DNA of 64,000 nt from Chloroflexota bacterium (lineage in GTDB: Bacteria > Chloroflexota > Limnocylindria > Limnocylindrales > CSP1-4), in the NCBI GenBank assembly GCA_003141455.1, contig PLMA01000067.1:85850-149849 (forward strand), given 5' to 3'. The notes beneath the pieces are model-generated. The model was not told the origin of the DNA. It searched no databases and worked only from the letters and a program-made list of their open reading frames with translations. Position 1 is the stretch's first letter; each line of letters begins with the position of its first letter. Below are positions 21,762 through 31,416 of this stretch, one piece after another. A program made the translations under genes and the position numbers.

Positions 21762-22508
21762 ATGTCAGGTCACTCGAAATGGTCCCAGATCAAGCGCCAG
21801 AAGGGCGTGAACGACGTCAAGCGCGGTGCCGTCTTCACCAAAATGGGCCGTGAGATCAGCGTTGCGGCACGAGCCGGCGGAGCCGACCAGGACGGCAACT
21901 TCCGTCTTCGCCTCGCTGTCGAACGAGCCCGCGCCATCAACATGCCGCTCGAAACGATCAAGCGCGCCATCGAGAAGGCGACCGGTGGCGGCGAGGGCGA
22001 GCAGTTTGAAGAGATCATGTACGAGGGCTACGGGCCCGGCGGCGTGGCCATGATCGTCGAGACTGCCACGGACAATAAGAACCGGACCGCGGCGGAGGTC
22101 CGATCCATTCTCACCAAGGCCGGCGGACAGCTGGCCGCGCCCGGCAGCGTCGCGTGGCAGTTCGAACAGCGCGGCGTCATCATCCTGGCCCCGGGCGGCA
22201 ATCAAGAAGAGCTGGAACTGGTGGCCATCGATGCCGGCGCCGACGACGTCGATGCCAGCGGCGACGAGGTCGAGGTCTACACCAAGCCCCACGAGCTGGA
22301 GGCCGTTCGCCGGTCGCTCGAGGCCGCCGGCGTGAAGATCGAATCGGCCGAACTGTCGATGAGCCCGAAGAACACGGTCGAGCTGGACGTCAGCAAGGCC
22401 CGGCAGGCGCTTCGGCTCGTCGAGATCCTCGAAGACCAGGACGACGTCCAGCGCGTTACCGCCAACTTCGAGATTCCGGAAGCGCTTCTGGCCGAGGTCG
22501 GCGCATGA
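21762..22508 (+). CDS. yebC: YebC/PmpR family protein
   Basis: MSGHSKWSQIK, YEGYGPGGVA, TDNKNRTAAEVR, EDQDDVQRVTAN. Confidence 0.96.
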   Translation: MSGHSKWSQIKRQKGVNDVKRGAVFTKMGREISVAARAGGADQDGNFRLRLAVERARAINMPLETIKRAIEKATGGGEGEQFEEIMYEGYGPGGVAMIVETATDNKNRTAAEVRSILTKAGGQLAAPGSVAWQFEQRGVIILAPGGNQEELELVAIDAGADDVDASGDEVEVYTKPHELEAVRRSLEAAGVKIESAELSMSPKNTVELDVSKARQALRLVEILEDQDDVQRVTANFEIPEALLAEVGA

Positions 22509-22566
22509 GATCTGCGCGAGGCATAGCCGAGCTCCGAGTCAACCTCAGCGACGCCGAGGTTGACTC

Positions 22567-23205
22567 GTGATCATCCTGGGGATAGACCCGGGGACGGCAA
22601 TGGTCGGCTACGGGCTCGTCGAGCGGACGGGGCCCAGACTGCGCGCCGTCGACTACGGCGTCATCACGACTTCGTCGCAGCTGCCACTGCCGGTGCGGCT
22701 CGAGGCCATCTACCTGGCCGTGACCGACCTGATAGAGCTGCACGCTCCCGCAATCGTGGGCGTCGAGCGGCTCTTCTTCACCAAGAACGTCCAGACGGCC
22801 TTCGCGGTCGGCCAGGCTCGCGGCGTGGTTCTGCTGGCTGCCGCAATGCACGATCTCGAGATCCGTGAGGCGACTCCGAACGAGGTCAAGGTTGCGACGG
22901 CGGGCCACGGCTCGGCCGCCAAGGAACAAGTGCAGCGGATGGTTCAGGCGATCCTGGGCCTGGCCGAGCTGCCCACCCCCGACGATGCCGCCGACGCACT
23001 GGCGATCGCCATCTGCGTCGCCAACCGCGAGCGCTCGGTCAGCCGCATCCCGACCGGCGCCCTGGACAGATCGGCAATCACCCCCGCCGCCACCGGAGTC
23101 ACCCCCTACGAGAAGGCCGTGCGCGAGGCTCTTCGTCGCGAGCGCCTGGGGATAGGGCCCAACGGGCATTCTTCGCGCGTTCCCAAGACCAAGACGGCCT
23201 CGTAG
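22567..23205 (+). CDS. ruvC: Holliday junction resolvase RuvC
   Basis: IILGIDPG, VERLFF..N, GQARGV, G.AAKEQV, DDAADALA. Confidence 0.96.
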   Translation: MIILGIDPGTAMVGYGLVERTGPRLRAVDYGVITTSSQLPLPVRLEAIYLAVTDLIELHAPAIVGVERLFFTKNVQTAFAVGQARGVVLLAAAMHDLEIREATPNEVKVATAGHGSAAKEQVQRMVQAILGLAELPTPDDAADALAIAICVANRERSVSRIPTGALDRSAITPAATGVTPYEKAVREALRRERLGIGPNGHSSRVPKTKTAS

Positions 23206-23226
23206 GCAGGCACGAGGGAGCCGGCC

Positions 23227-23823
23227 GTGATCGCATCGCTGGATGGCCTCGTCAGCGCCGTCTTCGCAGATTCGCTCATCCTCGAGGTCGGAGGCGTCGG
23301 CTACCGCGTCTTCTGCGCGCCCGCCGCGCTGTCGACGGTCAGGACGGGGGAGCGGGCGAAGCTCTTCACGCACCATCTCGTGCGGGAAGACGCCCAGGCC
23401 CTGTACGGCTTCCTCACGCCCGAGGAGCTGGGCTTCTTCGGCCTGCTGCTGACCGTGACCGGCGTCGGTCCCAAGGTGGCCCTTGCGATCATCGGGTCGC
23501 GGGCCATCGGCGATCTACAGCTGGCGATCCTCTCGGACGACCTGGCACTCCTCACGGCCGTGCCCGGAGTCGGCAGGAAACTGGCCGCTCGCACGGTCCT
23601 GGAACTCAAGGAGAAGGTCGCGTCGGCGGGTGTGGCCGCCGGGGCAGCGGCCGGTGGCGGGGCCGCCGGCGGAGAGTCGGAGGTGGTGGCCGCATTGCTG
23701 GCCCTGGGCTACTCGGCCGGTGAGGCGCGCCAGGCGTCCCGCGAGGCGCTGACGGACCTGACCGCGGGCTCGGGCCTGGAGGAGCGGGTCAAGGCGGCGC
23801 TGAGGACCCTCGTCAGGGGGTAG
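23227..23823 (+). CDS. ruvA: Holliday junction branch migration protein RuvA
   Basis: MIASLDG, GVGY, LYGF, VTGVGPKVAL, VPGVGRKLA, ALLALGY. Confidence 0.96.
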   Translation: MIASLDGLVSAVFADSLILEVGGVGYRVFCAPAALSTVRTGERAKLFTHHLVREDAQALYGFLTPEELGFFGLLLTVTGVGPKVALAIIGSRAIGDLQLAILSDDLALLTAVPGVGRKLAARTVLELKEKVASAGVAAGAAAGGGAAGGESEVVAALLALGYSAGEARQASREALTDLTAGSGLEERVKAALRTLVRG

Positions 23824-24311
23824 CGGAGCCCGCGGGGGGCCGGGAGTCGTTGGATTCTGTCGATCAGCTCGGCTAGTGGCATAGGGCCTTGGGCGGTCTG
23901 AACGACGTTGTCGGCGCCGACGAGCCATACATCCCAGAAGACCCGGGCGGACTCGGCCCCCACCGACTCCCCCAGGAAGAACACGTAACGCTTCCCGGTC
24001 TCGACGAGCGGCGCTTCGTTGACATGGACGGCATAGCAACCGACCGTGCCGCCTTCAACGGCGACCAGCATCCGACCGACGTGGGCGTCGCCGCGTATCA
24101 CTCGATCTACCTCGACCGAGAACGGCGTGTATACATCTCTGGTCCCGGCGAAGAAGGCGGCCTCTTGGGCGGTCACCATACCGATGACGACAACGGTACG
24201 AAGGGCCACATCGACCTTCTGGCCCCCATGTCCGGGAAGCCGTACCCCGAAACCTGCATTCCCGCTATCACGTAGGGCCCACGGTCGACCGACAAGTCGG
24301 CTCCGCCACAT
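23709..24311 (-). CDS. Hypothetical beta-rich protein antisense between ruvA and ruvB (possibly a remnant)
   Basis: Protein-like core VVIG.V...YT...VEVDRVIRG....V.VEGG.VG....APL...G.RYVFFL; ends uncertain; 3' end overlaps ruvA. Confidence 0.5.
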   Translation of the reverse strand: MWRSRLVGRPWALRDSGNAGFGVRLPGHGGQKVDVALRTVVVIGMVTAQEAAFFAGTRDVYTPFSVEVDRVIRGDAHVGRMLVAVEGGTVGCYAVHVNEAPLVETGKRYVFFLGESVGAESARVFWDVWLVGADNVVQTAQGPMPLAELIDRIQRLPAPRGLRYPLTRVLSAALTRSSRPEPAVRSVSASRDAWRASPAE

Positions 24312-24350
24312 GCAGCGGACGCGGTGGGGCCCGGCGCCGGAATCGTACTA

Positions 24351-24362
24351 GAACGCGCGTTC
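24351..24362. promoter_or_regulatory. LexA (SOS) box, Gram-positive/Chloroflexi type
   Basis: Perfect GAAC-N4-GTTC (GAACGCGCGTTC) just upstream of the ruvB -10. Confidence 0.75.
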
Positions 24363-24366
24363 CATC

Positions 24367-24375
24367 TGGTATGAT
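24367..24375 (+). promoter_or_regulatory. Extended -10 (TGgTATGAT) for ruvB, probably leaderless
   Basis: TATGAT 24370-24375 lies 6 nt before ATG 24382. Confidence 0.7.
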
Positions 24376-24381
24376 CCGCCA

Positions 24382-25485
24382 ATGACCGACGGCCCCGTGA
24401 CTGACATCTCGCGAATACTCGCCGCGGACGCGGAGGATGAGGTCGAGGTCGCCGTCGACCGCACGCTGCGGCCGCGAACCCTGGACGAGTACATCGGCCA
24501 GCGGGAGCTCAAGGCCAACCTGTCGATCCTCCTCGGCGCCGCCCGCCAGAGAGGGGACGCGGCGGATCACGTCCTGCTCCACGGGCCGCCCGGCCTCGGC
24601 AAGACGACGCTGGCCACCATCATCGCCCGCGAGCTCGGCGCCAACATCCGGTACGCCAGCGGTCCCGCCATCGAGCGGGCAGGGGACCTCGCCGCCATTC
24701 TGACTTCGCTGGACGAGGGCGACGTCCTATTCATAGACGAGATCCACCGTCTCAACCGCGCGGTCGAGGAGATTCTCTATCCGGCCATGGAGGACTTCGC
24801 CCTGGACGTGATGATCGGGAAAGGGCCGTCGGCGCGGAGTCTGCGGCTCAGCCTGAAGCCGTTCACTCTCGTCGGCGCCACTACGCGCGCGGGCCGGATC
24901 TCGAGCCCGTTGCGGGACCGCTTCGGAGCCACATACCGCCTGGACTTCTACGACGTGGCGGACCTGACGGCCATCGTGGAGCGGTCGGCGAGACTGCTGA
25001 GCGTGGAGGTGAGCCCGGACGGGGCCGTTGCCATCGCCCGGCGGGGGAGGGGCACGCCACGCGTCGTGAACCGCCTCCTGCGCCGTGTTCGCGACTACTC
25101 CCAGATCAACGGCGACGGCCATGTCGACGCCGCGACCGCGGACAAGGCTCTTGCCGCTCTCGAGATCGACGATCAGGGGCTGGACGGCACGGACCGGAAG
25201 CTCCTCGCCGCGATCGTCCAGAAGTTCGGCGGCGGGCCGGTCGGCGTGCAGGCCCTGGCGGCCGTCCTGGCCGAGGAGCCGGAGACGGTCGAGGACGTCT
25301 ACGAACCGTTCCTACTGCGCCTCGGCTTCCTCGATCGGACGCCGCAGGGGCGAATCGCCACGGAAGGCGCCCGCCAGCACCTGGTCCGGATGGGTTTCGA
25401 GGTCCCGCCGCAACGCCGGGCGGAGCAGGAGCAGCCCGCCCTCTGGGACGGCACCTCCGGCGAAGTCGAACCGCCCGCCCGTTGA
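24382..25485 (+). CDS. ruvB: Holliday junction helicase RuvB
   Basis: [46 protein letters not shown]. Confidence 0.98.
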   Translation: MTDGPVTDISRILAADAEDEVEVAVDRTLRPRTLDEYIGQRELKANLSILLGAARQRGDAADHVLLHGPPGLGKTTLATIIARELGANIRYASGPAIERAGDLAAILTSLDEGDVLFIDEIHRLNRAVEEILYPAMEDFALDVMIGKGPSARSLRLSLKPFTLVGATTRAGRISSPLRDRFGATYRLDFYDVADLTAIVERSARLLSVEVSPDGAVAIARRGRGTPRVVNRLLRRVRDYSQINGDGHVDAATADKALAALEIDDQGLDGTDRKLLAAIVQKFGGGPVGVQALAAVLAEEPETVEDVYEPFLLRLGFLDRTPQGRIATEGARQHLVRMGFEVPPQRRAEQEQPALWDGTSGEVEPPAR

Positions 25486-26702
25486 TGGAGTCGACTCCCG
25501 ACGCGCCGAGCGCGCCTGGCGACGTGCCGAGCCCACGAGCGGACTCGCCGGCGCGGTATGAAGTGCTCGTACCTCCGCCGCCCGACGGCTCGACGAGGGC
25601 TCGCCTCGGTCGCCTGACACTGCCTCACGGCGTCGTTGAGACTCCACAGTTCATGCCCGTCGGGACCAACGCGACCGTCAAGGCGCTCGACCCGGGCGAC
25701 CTGCGCGAGGTCGGGGCCACGATCATCCTGTCGAACACGTATCACCTCTACCTGAGGCCCGGCCACGAGCGAATCGCGGCCCTCGGGGGCCTCCACCGGT
25801 TCATGGCCTGGGATCGACCGATCCTGACCGACTCGGGCGGCTTCCAGGTCGTTTCGCTCGGCGAGCTTCGCAAGATCGACGACGACGGGGTCACGTTCCA
25901 GAGCCACCTCGACGGCTCGCATCACCGTTTCACACCCGAGCATTCGATCGCCGTCCAGGAGGCGCTCGGAGCCGACATCGCCGTCGCCTTCGACCAACCG
26001 GTGCCGCCGGCCTCTTCGACGCGCGAGGCCGTCGCGGAGGCGACCGCCAGGACCAATCGCTGGGCGGAGCGATCCCTCAACGCACACACCAGGCCGGATC
26101 AGGCCCTCTTCGGGATCGTCCAGGGCGGCCTCGATCCAGACCTTCGGGCCGAGTCGACCGCGTTCACCTCGAGCCTGCCGTTCGACGGCATCTGCATCGG
26201 CGGCCTGGCCGGCGACGAGACGGCCGGCCAACGCGAGGCCACTCTGGACGTGGTCGTCGGACTGCTCCAGCGGGATCCCCGTCCGCGCTACCTGATGGGC
26301 CTTGGCTCACCCGCAGACCTGCTGGAGGCCGTCCATCGCGGCATCGACCTGTTCGACTCGGTACTGCCCGCGCGAGTCGCTCGCAACGGTCAGCTGTGGG
26401 TTCCCGAGGGCCGCCTGAACATGAGGAACGCCCAGTTCGTGGACGACCCGCGCCCGGTCCAGGAGGGGTGTCGCTGTCTCCTCTGCCGGCAGTTCTCGCG
26501 GGCCTATCTGGCCCATCTCTTCCGCTCGCAGGAGCTGCTGGCCTACCGCCTGGCAACTTGTCACAACCTGACCTTCACCCTAGACTTCATGGCCGGAATC
26601 CGCTCCGCTCTGCGCTCCGGCACGTTCTCCGCGCACCTGTCCGAGCTTCGAGGACGCGTCCAACCGTCGAGCTCACGTGCATTGGCAGTGCAGTCGGAGT
26701 GA
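25485..26702 (+). CDS. tgt: tRNA-guanine transglycosylase
   Basis: ETPQFMPVGT, NTYHL, LTDSGGFQV, GIVQGG, YLMG, DLFD, CRC..C zinc site, HNL. Confidence 0.96.
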   Translation: MESTPDAPSAPGDVPSPRADSPARYEVLVPPPPDGSTRARLGRLTLPHGVVETPQFMPVGTNATVKALDPGDLREVGATIILSNTYHLYLRPGHERIAALGGLHRFMAWDRPILTDSGGFQVVSLGELRKIDDDGVTFQSHLDGSHHRFTPEHSIAVQEALGADIAVAFDQPVPPASSTREAVAEATARTNRWAERSLNAHTRPDQALFGIVQGGLDPDLRAESTAFTSSLPFDGICIGGLAGDETAGQREATLDVVVGLLQRDPRPRYLMGLGSPADLLEAVHRGIDLFDSVLPARVARNGQLWVPEGRLNMRNAQFVDDPRPVQEGCRCLLCRQFSRAYLAHLFRSQELLAYRLATCHNLTFTLDFMAGIRSALRSGTFSAHLSELRGRVQPSSSRALAVQSE

Positions 26703-26742
26703 AGAGCCCGCCCGTAGTCTGTAGCACGCGGAGGCGCACCAG

Positions 26743-26895
26743 ATGGCCAGCCGAGACCGCCCCCACCGACAAGAGAAGAAGAAGCCCAAGGACGCGGCCG
26801 CAAAGACCAAGATCCAGCCCTTGCTGGAACCGCCGACCAACGTGGAGGTCTGGAAGCCCAAGCGAAAGCCGCGAACCGAAGAGGCGGAGAGCTAG
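26743..26895 (+). CDS. Small basic protein, 50 aa (absent from the ORF track)
   Basis: GGAGG at 26730-26734, ATG 26743, TAG 26893-26895; MASRDRPHRQEKKKPKDAAAKTKIQPLLEPPTNVEVWKPKRKPRTEEAES. Confidence 0.7.
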   Translation: MASRDRPHRQEKKKPKDAAAKTKIQPLLEPPTNVEVWKPKRKPRTEEAES

Positions 26896-26961
26896 CCCGC
26901 GGACGGACGCCATCCGGCGACCGCTCCGCCAATCCCGGAGAGGCGAGGAGCGACGAGCAAG

Positions 26962-28029
26962 ATGGCGATGATCGAGAGAGGAGCCGACGTTCGCACCAAC
27001 GGCGAGCGATCCGCCGAGCGCACCAAGGCCGTTGAAGCCGCGATCCTATCGATCGAGAAGCAATTCGGTCGCGGCTCGATCATGCGCCTGGGCTCGTCCG
27101 AGCGTCAGGCCGTCGACTTCATCCCCACCGGCTCGATCGCGCTGGATCTCGCCCTCGGCGTAGGTGGGATCCCGCGCGGCCGGATGTCGGAGATCTTCGG
27201 GCCCGAGTCTTCCGGCAAGACCACGCTCTGCCAGCACATCCTGGCGGAGGCCCAGCGCAGGGGTGGCGTGGTTGCGTTCATCGACGTCGAGCACGCCCTA
27301 GACCCGGGCTACGCACGCGCCTGCGGCGTCAACGTCGACGATCTCCTCGTCAGCCAGCCGGACACCGGCGAGGATGCGCTCCAGATCACCGAGACCCTTA
27401 TCCGGTCCGGAGGCGTGGATTGCGTGGTCCTGGACTCGGTCGCCGCTCTGGTGCCCAAGGCCGAGATCGAAGGCGAGATAGGCGACTCGTTCGTGGGCAT
27501 CCAGGCCCGCCTCATGAGCCAGGCCCTGCGGAAGCTCGCCGGCGCAGTCAGTCGATCGAACACCGCGCTCGTCTTCACCAACCAGCTGCGGGAGAAGATC
27601 GGAGTCATGTTCGGCAACCCCGAGGTCACGCCCGGCGGCCGCGCACTCAAGTTCTACGCCACCGTCCGGCTTGACATCCGGCGGATCGAAACGATCAAGG
27701 TGGGCACGGAGTCGGTCGGCAACCGGGTCCGGGTCAAGGTCGTGAAGAACAAGGTCGCGCCGCCGTTCCGCGTCGCCGAGTTCGACATCATGTTCGGCGA
27801 GGGCATATCGCGAGAAGGCGGCCTGCTGGACGTCGGTGTGGCCATGGGGATCGTCGGCAAGACCGGCGCCTGGTTCCAGTTCGGTGAGACCCGCCTGGGC
27901 CAGGGCCGCGAGGCCGCCAAGGAGTTCCTCAAGGGCAACCCGGAGATCTCGGCCGAGGTGGAGAAGCAGATCCGCGGCAAGATGTCCGAGGTTTCGCTCC
28001 CGGTCGAAGGGATAGAAGAGGCCCAATAG
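26962..28029 (+). CDS. recA: Recombinase RecA
   Basis: [56 protein letters not shown]. Confidence 0.99.
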   Translation: MAMIERGADVRTNGERSAERTKAVEAAILSIEKQFGRGSIMRLGSSERQAVDFIPTGSIALDLALGVGGIPRGRMSEIFGPESSGKTTLCQHILAEAQRRGGVVAFIDVEHALDPGYARACGVNVDDLLVSQPDTGEDALQITETLIRSGGVDCVVLDSVAALVPKAEIEGEIGDSFVGIQARLMSQALRKLAGAVSRSNTALVFTNQLREKIGVMFGNPEVTPGGRALKFYATVRLDIRRIETIKVGTESVGNRVRVKVVKNKVAPPFRVAEFDIMFGEGISREGGLLDVGVAMGIVGKTGAWFQFGETRLGQGREAAKEFLKGNPEISAEVEKQIRGKMSEVSLPVEGIEEAQ

Positions 28030-28034
28030 CCGGC

Positions 28035-28664
28035 ATGCCACGGCCGACCGGACCGCAGCGGCTCGAAGCGCGGCGGCGGCGCTTCGAGCGCCATGCCGCG
28101 GTGGAAGACCCGGCTGTGGTTCTCAACGCGGCAGCGCGCTTCCTGGAGCTCCGATCGCGATCGGTGGACGAGATGCGCCAGCATCTGGCTGCCGCCCGCT
28201 ACCGGGCCGACCTGATCGAACGCGCCATCGTCCGCCTGCTGGAGCTGGGGATGCTGGACGACCGGGCCTTCGGCCGCGCCTGGGTCGAATCACGGGATCG
28301 TGCCAGGCCCCGGGGCGAGCAGGCCCTGAAGCGGGAGCTGGGCCTCAAGGGCCTGGATCGCGACCTGATCGCCGAGATCCTCGCCGAGCGGGCCGGGGAG
28401 GGTCAGCCGGACGACGACGTCTTCGGCTCGACACGGGTCGTCGAGCCGGGAGCAGACCGGCGGGCCGCGGAGAAGCTGCTTGCGCGGCGGGGCGCCGCCC
28501 TGACACGGGTCGTGGACCCCCGAGCCCGCCGCCAGCGAGCCTACGCGCTGCTGGCTCGCAACGGCTTCAACCCGGAGATCTGCCGCGAGGCGAGTGCCCG
28601 CTTCGTCGCCAAGGGCACATCGGACGACGGAGACGCCGATTCAGACACGGTGGACGAGCCCTGA
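28035..28664 (+). CDS. recX: Regulatory protein RecX
   Basis: Directly after recA; L..RSRS..E, LDDRAF, RG...LKREL..KG, L.R.GF. Confidence 0.9.
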   Translation: MPRPTGPQRLEARRRRFERHAAVEDPAVVLNAAARFLELRSRSVDEMRQHLAAARYRADLIERAIVRLLELGMLDDRAFGRAWVESRDRARPRGEQALKRELGLKGLDRDLIAEILAERAGEGQPDDDVFGSTRVVEPGADRRAAEKLLARRGAALTRVVDPRARRQRAYALLARNGFNPEICREASARFVAKGTSDDGDADSDTVDEP

Positions 28665-28750
28665 GGCCGCGCCCCCTCCAGGGCCGAATCGGTCTGTGGA
28701 ACGGAATCTCCCCGCGTGGCGGCCGCGTGACTCGATTCTCGCAGGCGCCG

Positions 28751-28939
28751 TAGACTACGCGACGAGACGAACAACGCGTCGCCGGCGCAGTGCCGTGGCA
28801 GCGACGCCAGCTCGAATCACTTTCAACGCGGCTTCAACGCGGCCTCCCCGGGAGCGGGATCGGTCCAGATCGGAGCCGCTTCAACTTACTTCGACGTACC
28901 TCCGGTCGCGCTATTCGACCGGGTGGGAGGCAAGTTCAT
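28751..28939 (+). promoter_or_regulatory. Candidate promoter and ~180-nt 5' leader of rny
   Basis: TAGACT at 28751-28756; TTCAACGCGGC tandem at 28822-28843 and a third TTCAAC at 28880-28885; GGAGG before ATG. Confidence 0.4.
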
Positions 28940-30469
28940 ATGGATATCGCCCTGGTGGCCGCGGCCGTCGTGGCCGCCGTTGTAGTGGGCGTGTTCGTTG
29001 GTCTCGTGGCTCGCGGCCAGGTGGCCAACATGGGCGTGAAGAGCGCGCAGGAGAAAGCCGCTCGGATCGTCGCCGAGGCTCGCGCCCAGCAGAAGGAATT
29101 CATCCTCGAGGCGAAAGACGAGAGGCTTCGGCTCGGTCGCGAGGCCGAGGACGAGGCCCGGGCCAAGCGAGCGGAGCTTGGGACACTGGAGACACGGCTG
29201 CTCGCCAGGGACGAGCAGCTCGATCTCCGCTCGGACATGCTCGAGCAACGGGACCGCAAGCTACTCGATCGTGAGCGGGAACTGGAGAACAGCCGCCAGG
29301 AGCTCCTCCGAGCCCAGCAGGACCACGTCGCGGCTCTCGAGCGCGTCAGCAGCATGAGCGCCGAGGAAGCCAAGGCCCAGCTGCTGGAGGCCGTCCGAGA
29401 GGAGGCCGACCGCGACGCCGTCCGCTTGACCAAGTCGATCGAGCGCCAGGCGCGCGACGAGGCGGAGGAGCGAGCCCGCGAGATCGTCATCACCACGATG
29501 CAGCGCATCGCAGCCGATCACACGGCCGAGCACACCGTCTCGACGGTCCACCTCCCCAACGACGAGATGAAGGGCCGCATCATCGGCCGCGAGGGCCGCA
29601 ACATCCGAGCCCTCGAGCAGGCCACCGGCGTCGACCTGATCATCGACGACACTCCCGAGACGGTGGTCATCAGCGCCTTCGACCCGGTCCGACGCGAGAT
29701 CGCCAGACTGGCCCTGACCAAGCTGATGGCAGACGGCCGGATCCACCCTGGCCGCATCGAGGAGGTCGTGGCCAAGGCCCGCGCCGAAGTCGATCTGACG
29801 ATGCGCCAGGCTGGGGAGCAGGCCATCTACGATGCCGGGATCCCCGCCCTGCCCTCGGAGATCGTCAAGCTGCTCGGCCGTCTCAAGTTCCGCACGAGCT
29901 ACGGCCAGAACGTCCTCGTCCACTCGGTCGAGACCAGCCGACTGGCCGCCATCATCGCCGCCGAGCTCGGCGCGGACGTCCAGGCCGCCAAGGTCGGTGG
30001 GCTGCTCCACGACCTGGGCAAGGCGATCGATCACGAGACTGAAGGGCCACACGCCCAGATCGGGGCCCAGATCGCGCAGCGCCACAACCTCTCTCCCAAG
30101 GTTGTGAACGCAATCGCCGCTCATCACCAGGAGGTCGACTTCGCCTCGCAGGAGGCCCCGATCGTCCAGGTCGCGGACGCCATCAGCGCCTCGCGACCGG
30201 GAGCCCGCGGCGAGTCCATGGAGACCTACGTCCGTCGCCTGGAGGATCTCCAGGCCATCGCCGAAAGCTTCGAGGGAGTGGAGAAGAGCTTCGCGGTCCA
30301 GGCCGGCCGCGAGGTCCGGGTCCTCGTGAAGCCGGAACAGATCGACGACGTCATGGCCGCCCACCTGGCTCGCGACGTGGTCAAGAAGATAGAAGCCAGC
30401 CTGACCTACCCGGGCCAGATCAAGGTGACGGTCATCCGCGAGACGCGGTCCGTCGAATACGCCAAGTAG
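28940..30469 (+). CDS. rny: Ribonuclease Y
   Basis: N-terminal TM, coiled coil, KH domain (MKGRIIGREGRNIR), HD domain (LLHDLGK), ADAISASRPGAR. Confidence 0.97.
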   Translation: MDIALVAAAVVAAVVVGVFVGLVARGQVANMGVKSAQEKAARIVAEARAQQKEFILEAKDERLRLGREAEDEARAKRAELGTLETRLLARDEQLDLRSDMLEQRDRKLLDRERELENSRQELLRAQQDHVAALERVSSMSAEEAKAQLLEAVREEADRDAVRLTKSIERQARDEAEERAREIVITTMQRIAADHTAEHTVSTVHLPNDEMKGRIIGREGRNIRALEQATGVDLIIDDTPETVVISAFDPVRREIARLALTKLMADGRIHPGRIEEVVAKARAEVDLTMRQAGEQAIYDAGIPALPSEIVKLLGRLKFRTSYGQNVLVHSVETSRLAAIIAAELGADVQAAKVGGLLHDLGKAIDHETEGPHAQIGAQIAQRHNLSPKVVNAIAAHHQEVDFASQEAPIVQVADAISASRPGARGESMETYVRRLEDLQAIAESFEGVEKSFAVQAGREVRVLVKPEQIDDVMAAHLARDVVKKIEASLTYPGQIKVTVIRETRSVEYAK

Positions 30470-30473
30470 CGGC

Positions 30474-31316
30474 GTGGCCACGACAGGGGGCTCGCCTCTC
30501 TCGGACGCCCCGGCGCGCGGGATCTGCCGGATCCTGATGATCGGCGACCTCATCGGCAAGCCGGGCCGCCTCGCCCTCGAGGCGATCCTTCCGGATTTCC
30601 GGCGCGAGCGCGACATCGCGTTCGTCACGGCCAACGGCGAGAACGTGGCAGGCGGCATGGGTCTCACCGCCTCCACGGCCGAGGCCATGTTCGCGGCGGG
30701 CGTAGACGTGATCACGTCCGGCAACCACATCTGGGACAAACGCGAGATGTACGCCCAGCTCGACCGTGACGAGCGCATCCTGCGTCCCCACAACTACGGC
30801 TCCGACGGGGTCCCCGGACGAGGCTGGGGCATCTACCAGGCCCACGACGGCACGGAGGTCGCGGTCCTGAACTTCCAGGGCCGGACATACATGATCCCGA
30901 TCGAGAACCCCTTCACGGAGTTCGATCGGCTCGTCGACCAGGCCTCCGAGCCGCTGCCGCCCGTTCGTATCGTCGACTTCCACTGCGAGTTGACCAGCGA
31001 GAAGTGCGCCTTCGGCATCTACCTGGACGGCCGGGCGAGCGCCGTCATGGGCACCCACACGCACGTACCGACGGCCGACGAGCGGATCATGCCCAAGGGG
31101 ACGGCCTATCAGTCCGACCTCGGCATGGTCGGCCCCATCCACAGCGTCATCGGCTTCGACCCCGCCACCGTCATTCCGCGTTTCACGAACGGCCTGCCCA
31201 CGCGCTTCGAGGTCGGGACCGGGCCGGTCGTCTTCAACGCCTGCCAGATCGACGTGGATGCGGCGACCGGCCGGGCCGTGGCGATTGAGCGAATCCAGCG
31301 CGTCGTCGAGGTCTGA
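30474..31316 (+). CDS. ymdB: TIGR00282/YmdB family metallophosphoesterase
   Basis: IGDLIGKPG, NGEN.AGG.G, TSGNHIWD, DFHCE.TSEK, GTHTHVPTAD; follows rny. Confidence 0.93.
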   Translation: MATTGGSPLSDAPARGICRILMIGDLIGKPGRLALEAILPDFRRERDIAFVTANGENVAGGMGLTASTAEAMFAAGVDVITSGNHIWDKREMYAQLDRDERILRPHNYGSDGVPGRGWGIYQAHDGTEVAVLNFQGRTYMIPIENPFTEFDRLVDQASEPLPPVRIVDFHCELTSEKCAFGIYLDGRASAVMGTHTHVPTADERIMPKGTAYQSDLGMVGPIHSVIGFDPATVIPRFTNGLPTRFEVGTGPVVFNACQIDVDAATGRAVAIERIQRVVEV

Positions 31317-31416
31317 GTTGACCGGCTCCGGGCCAGACGGAGAGGGCCGGCGCGGGGCCACCGGATCGTCCCGATACCGAGGCACCGCTTACCGGGCCAC
31401 TACCGGCGCACCGGTC

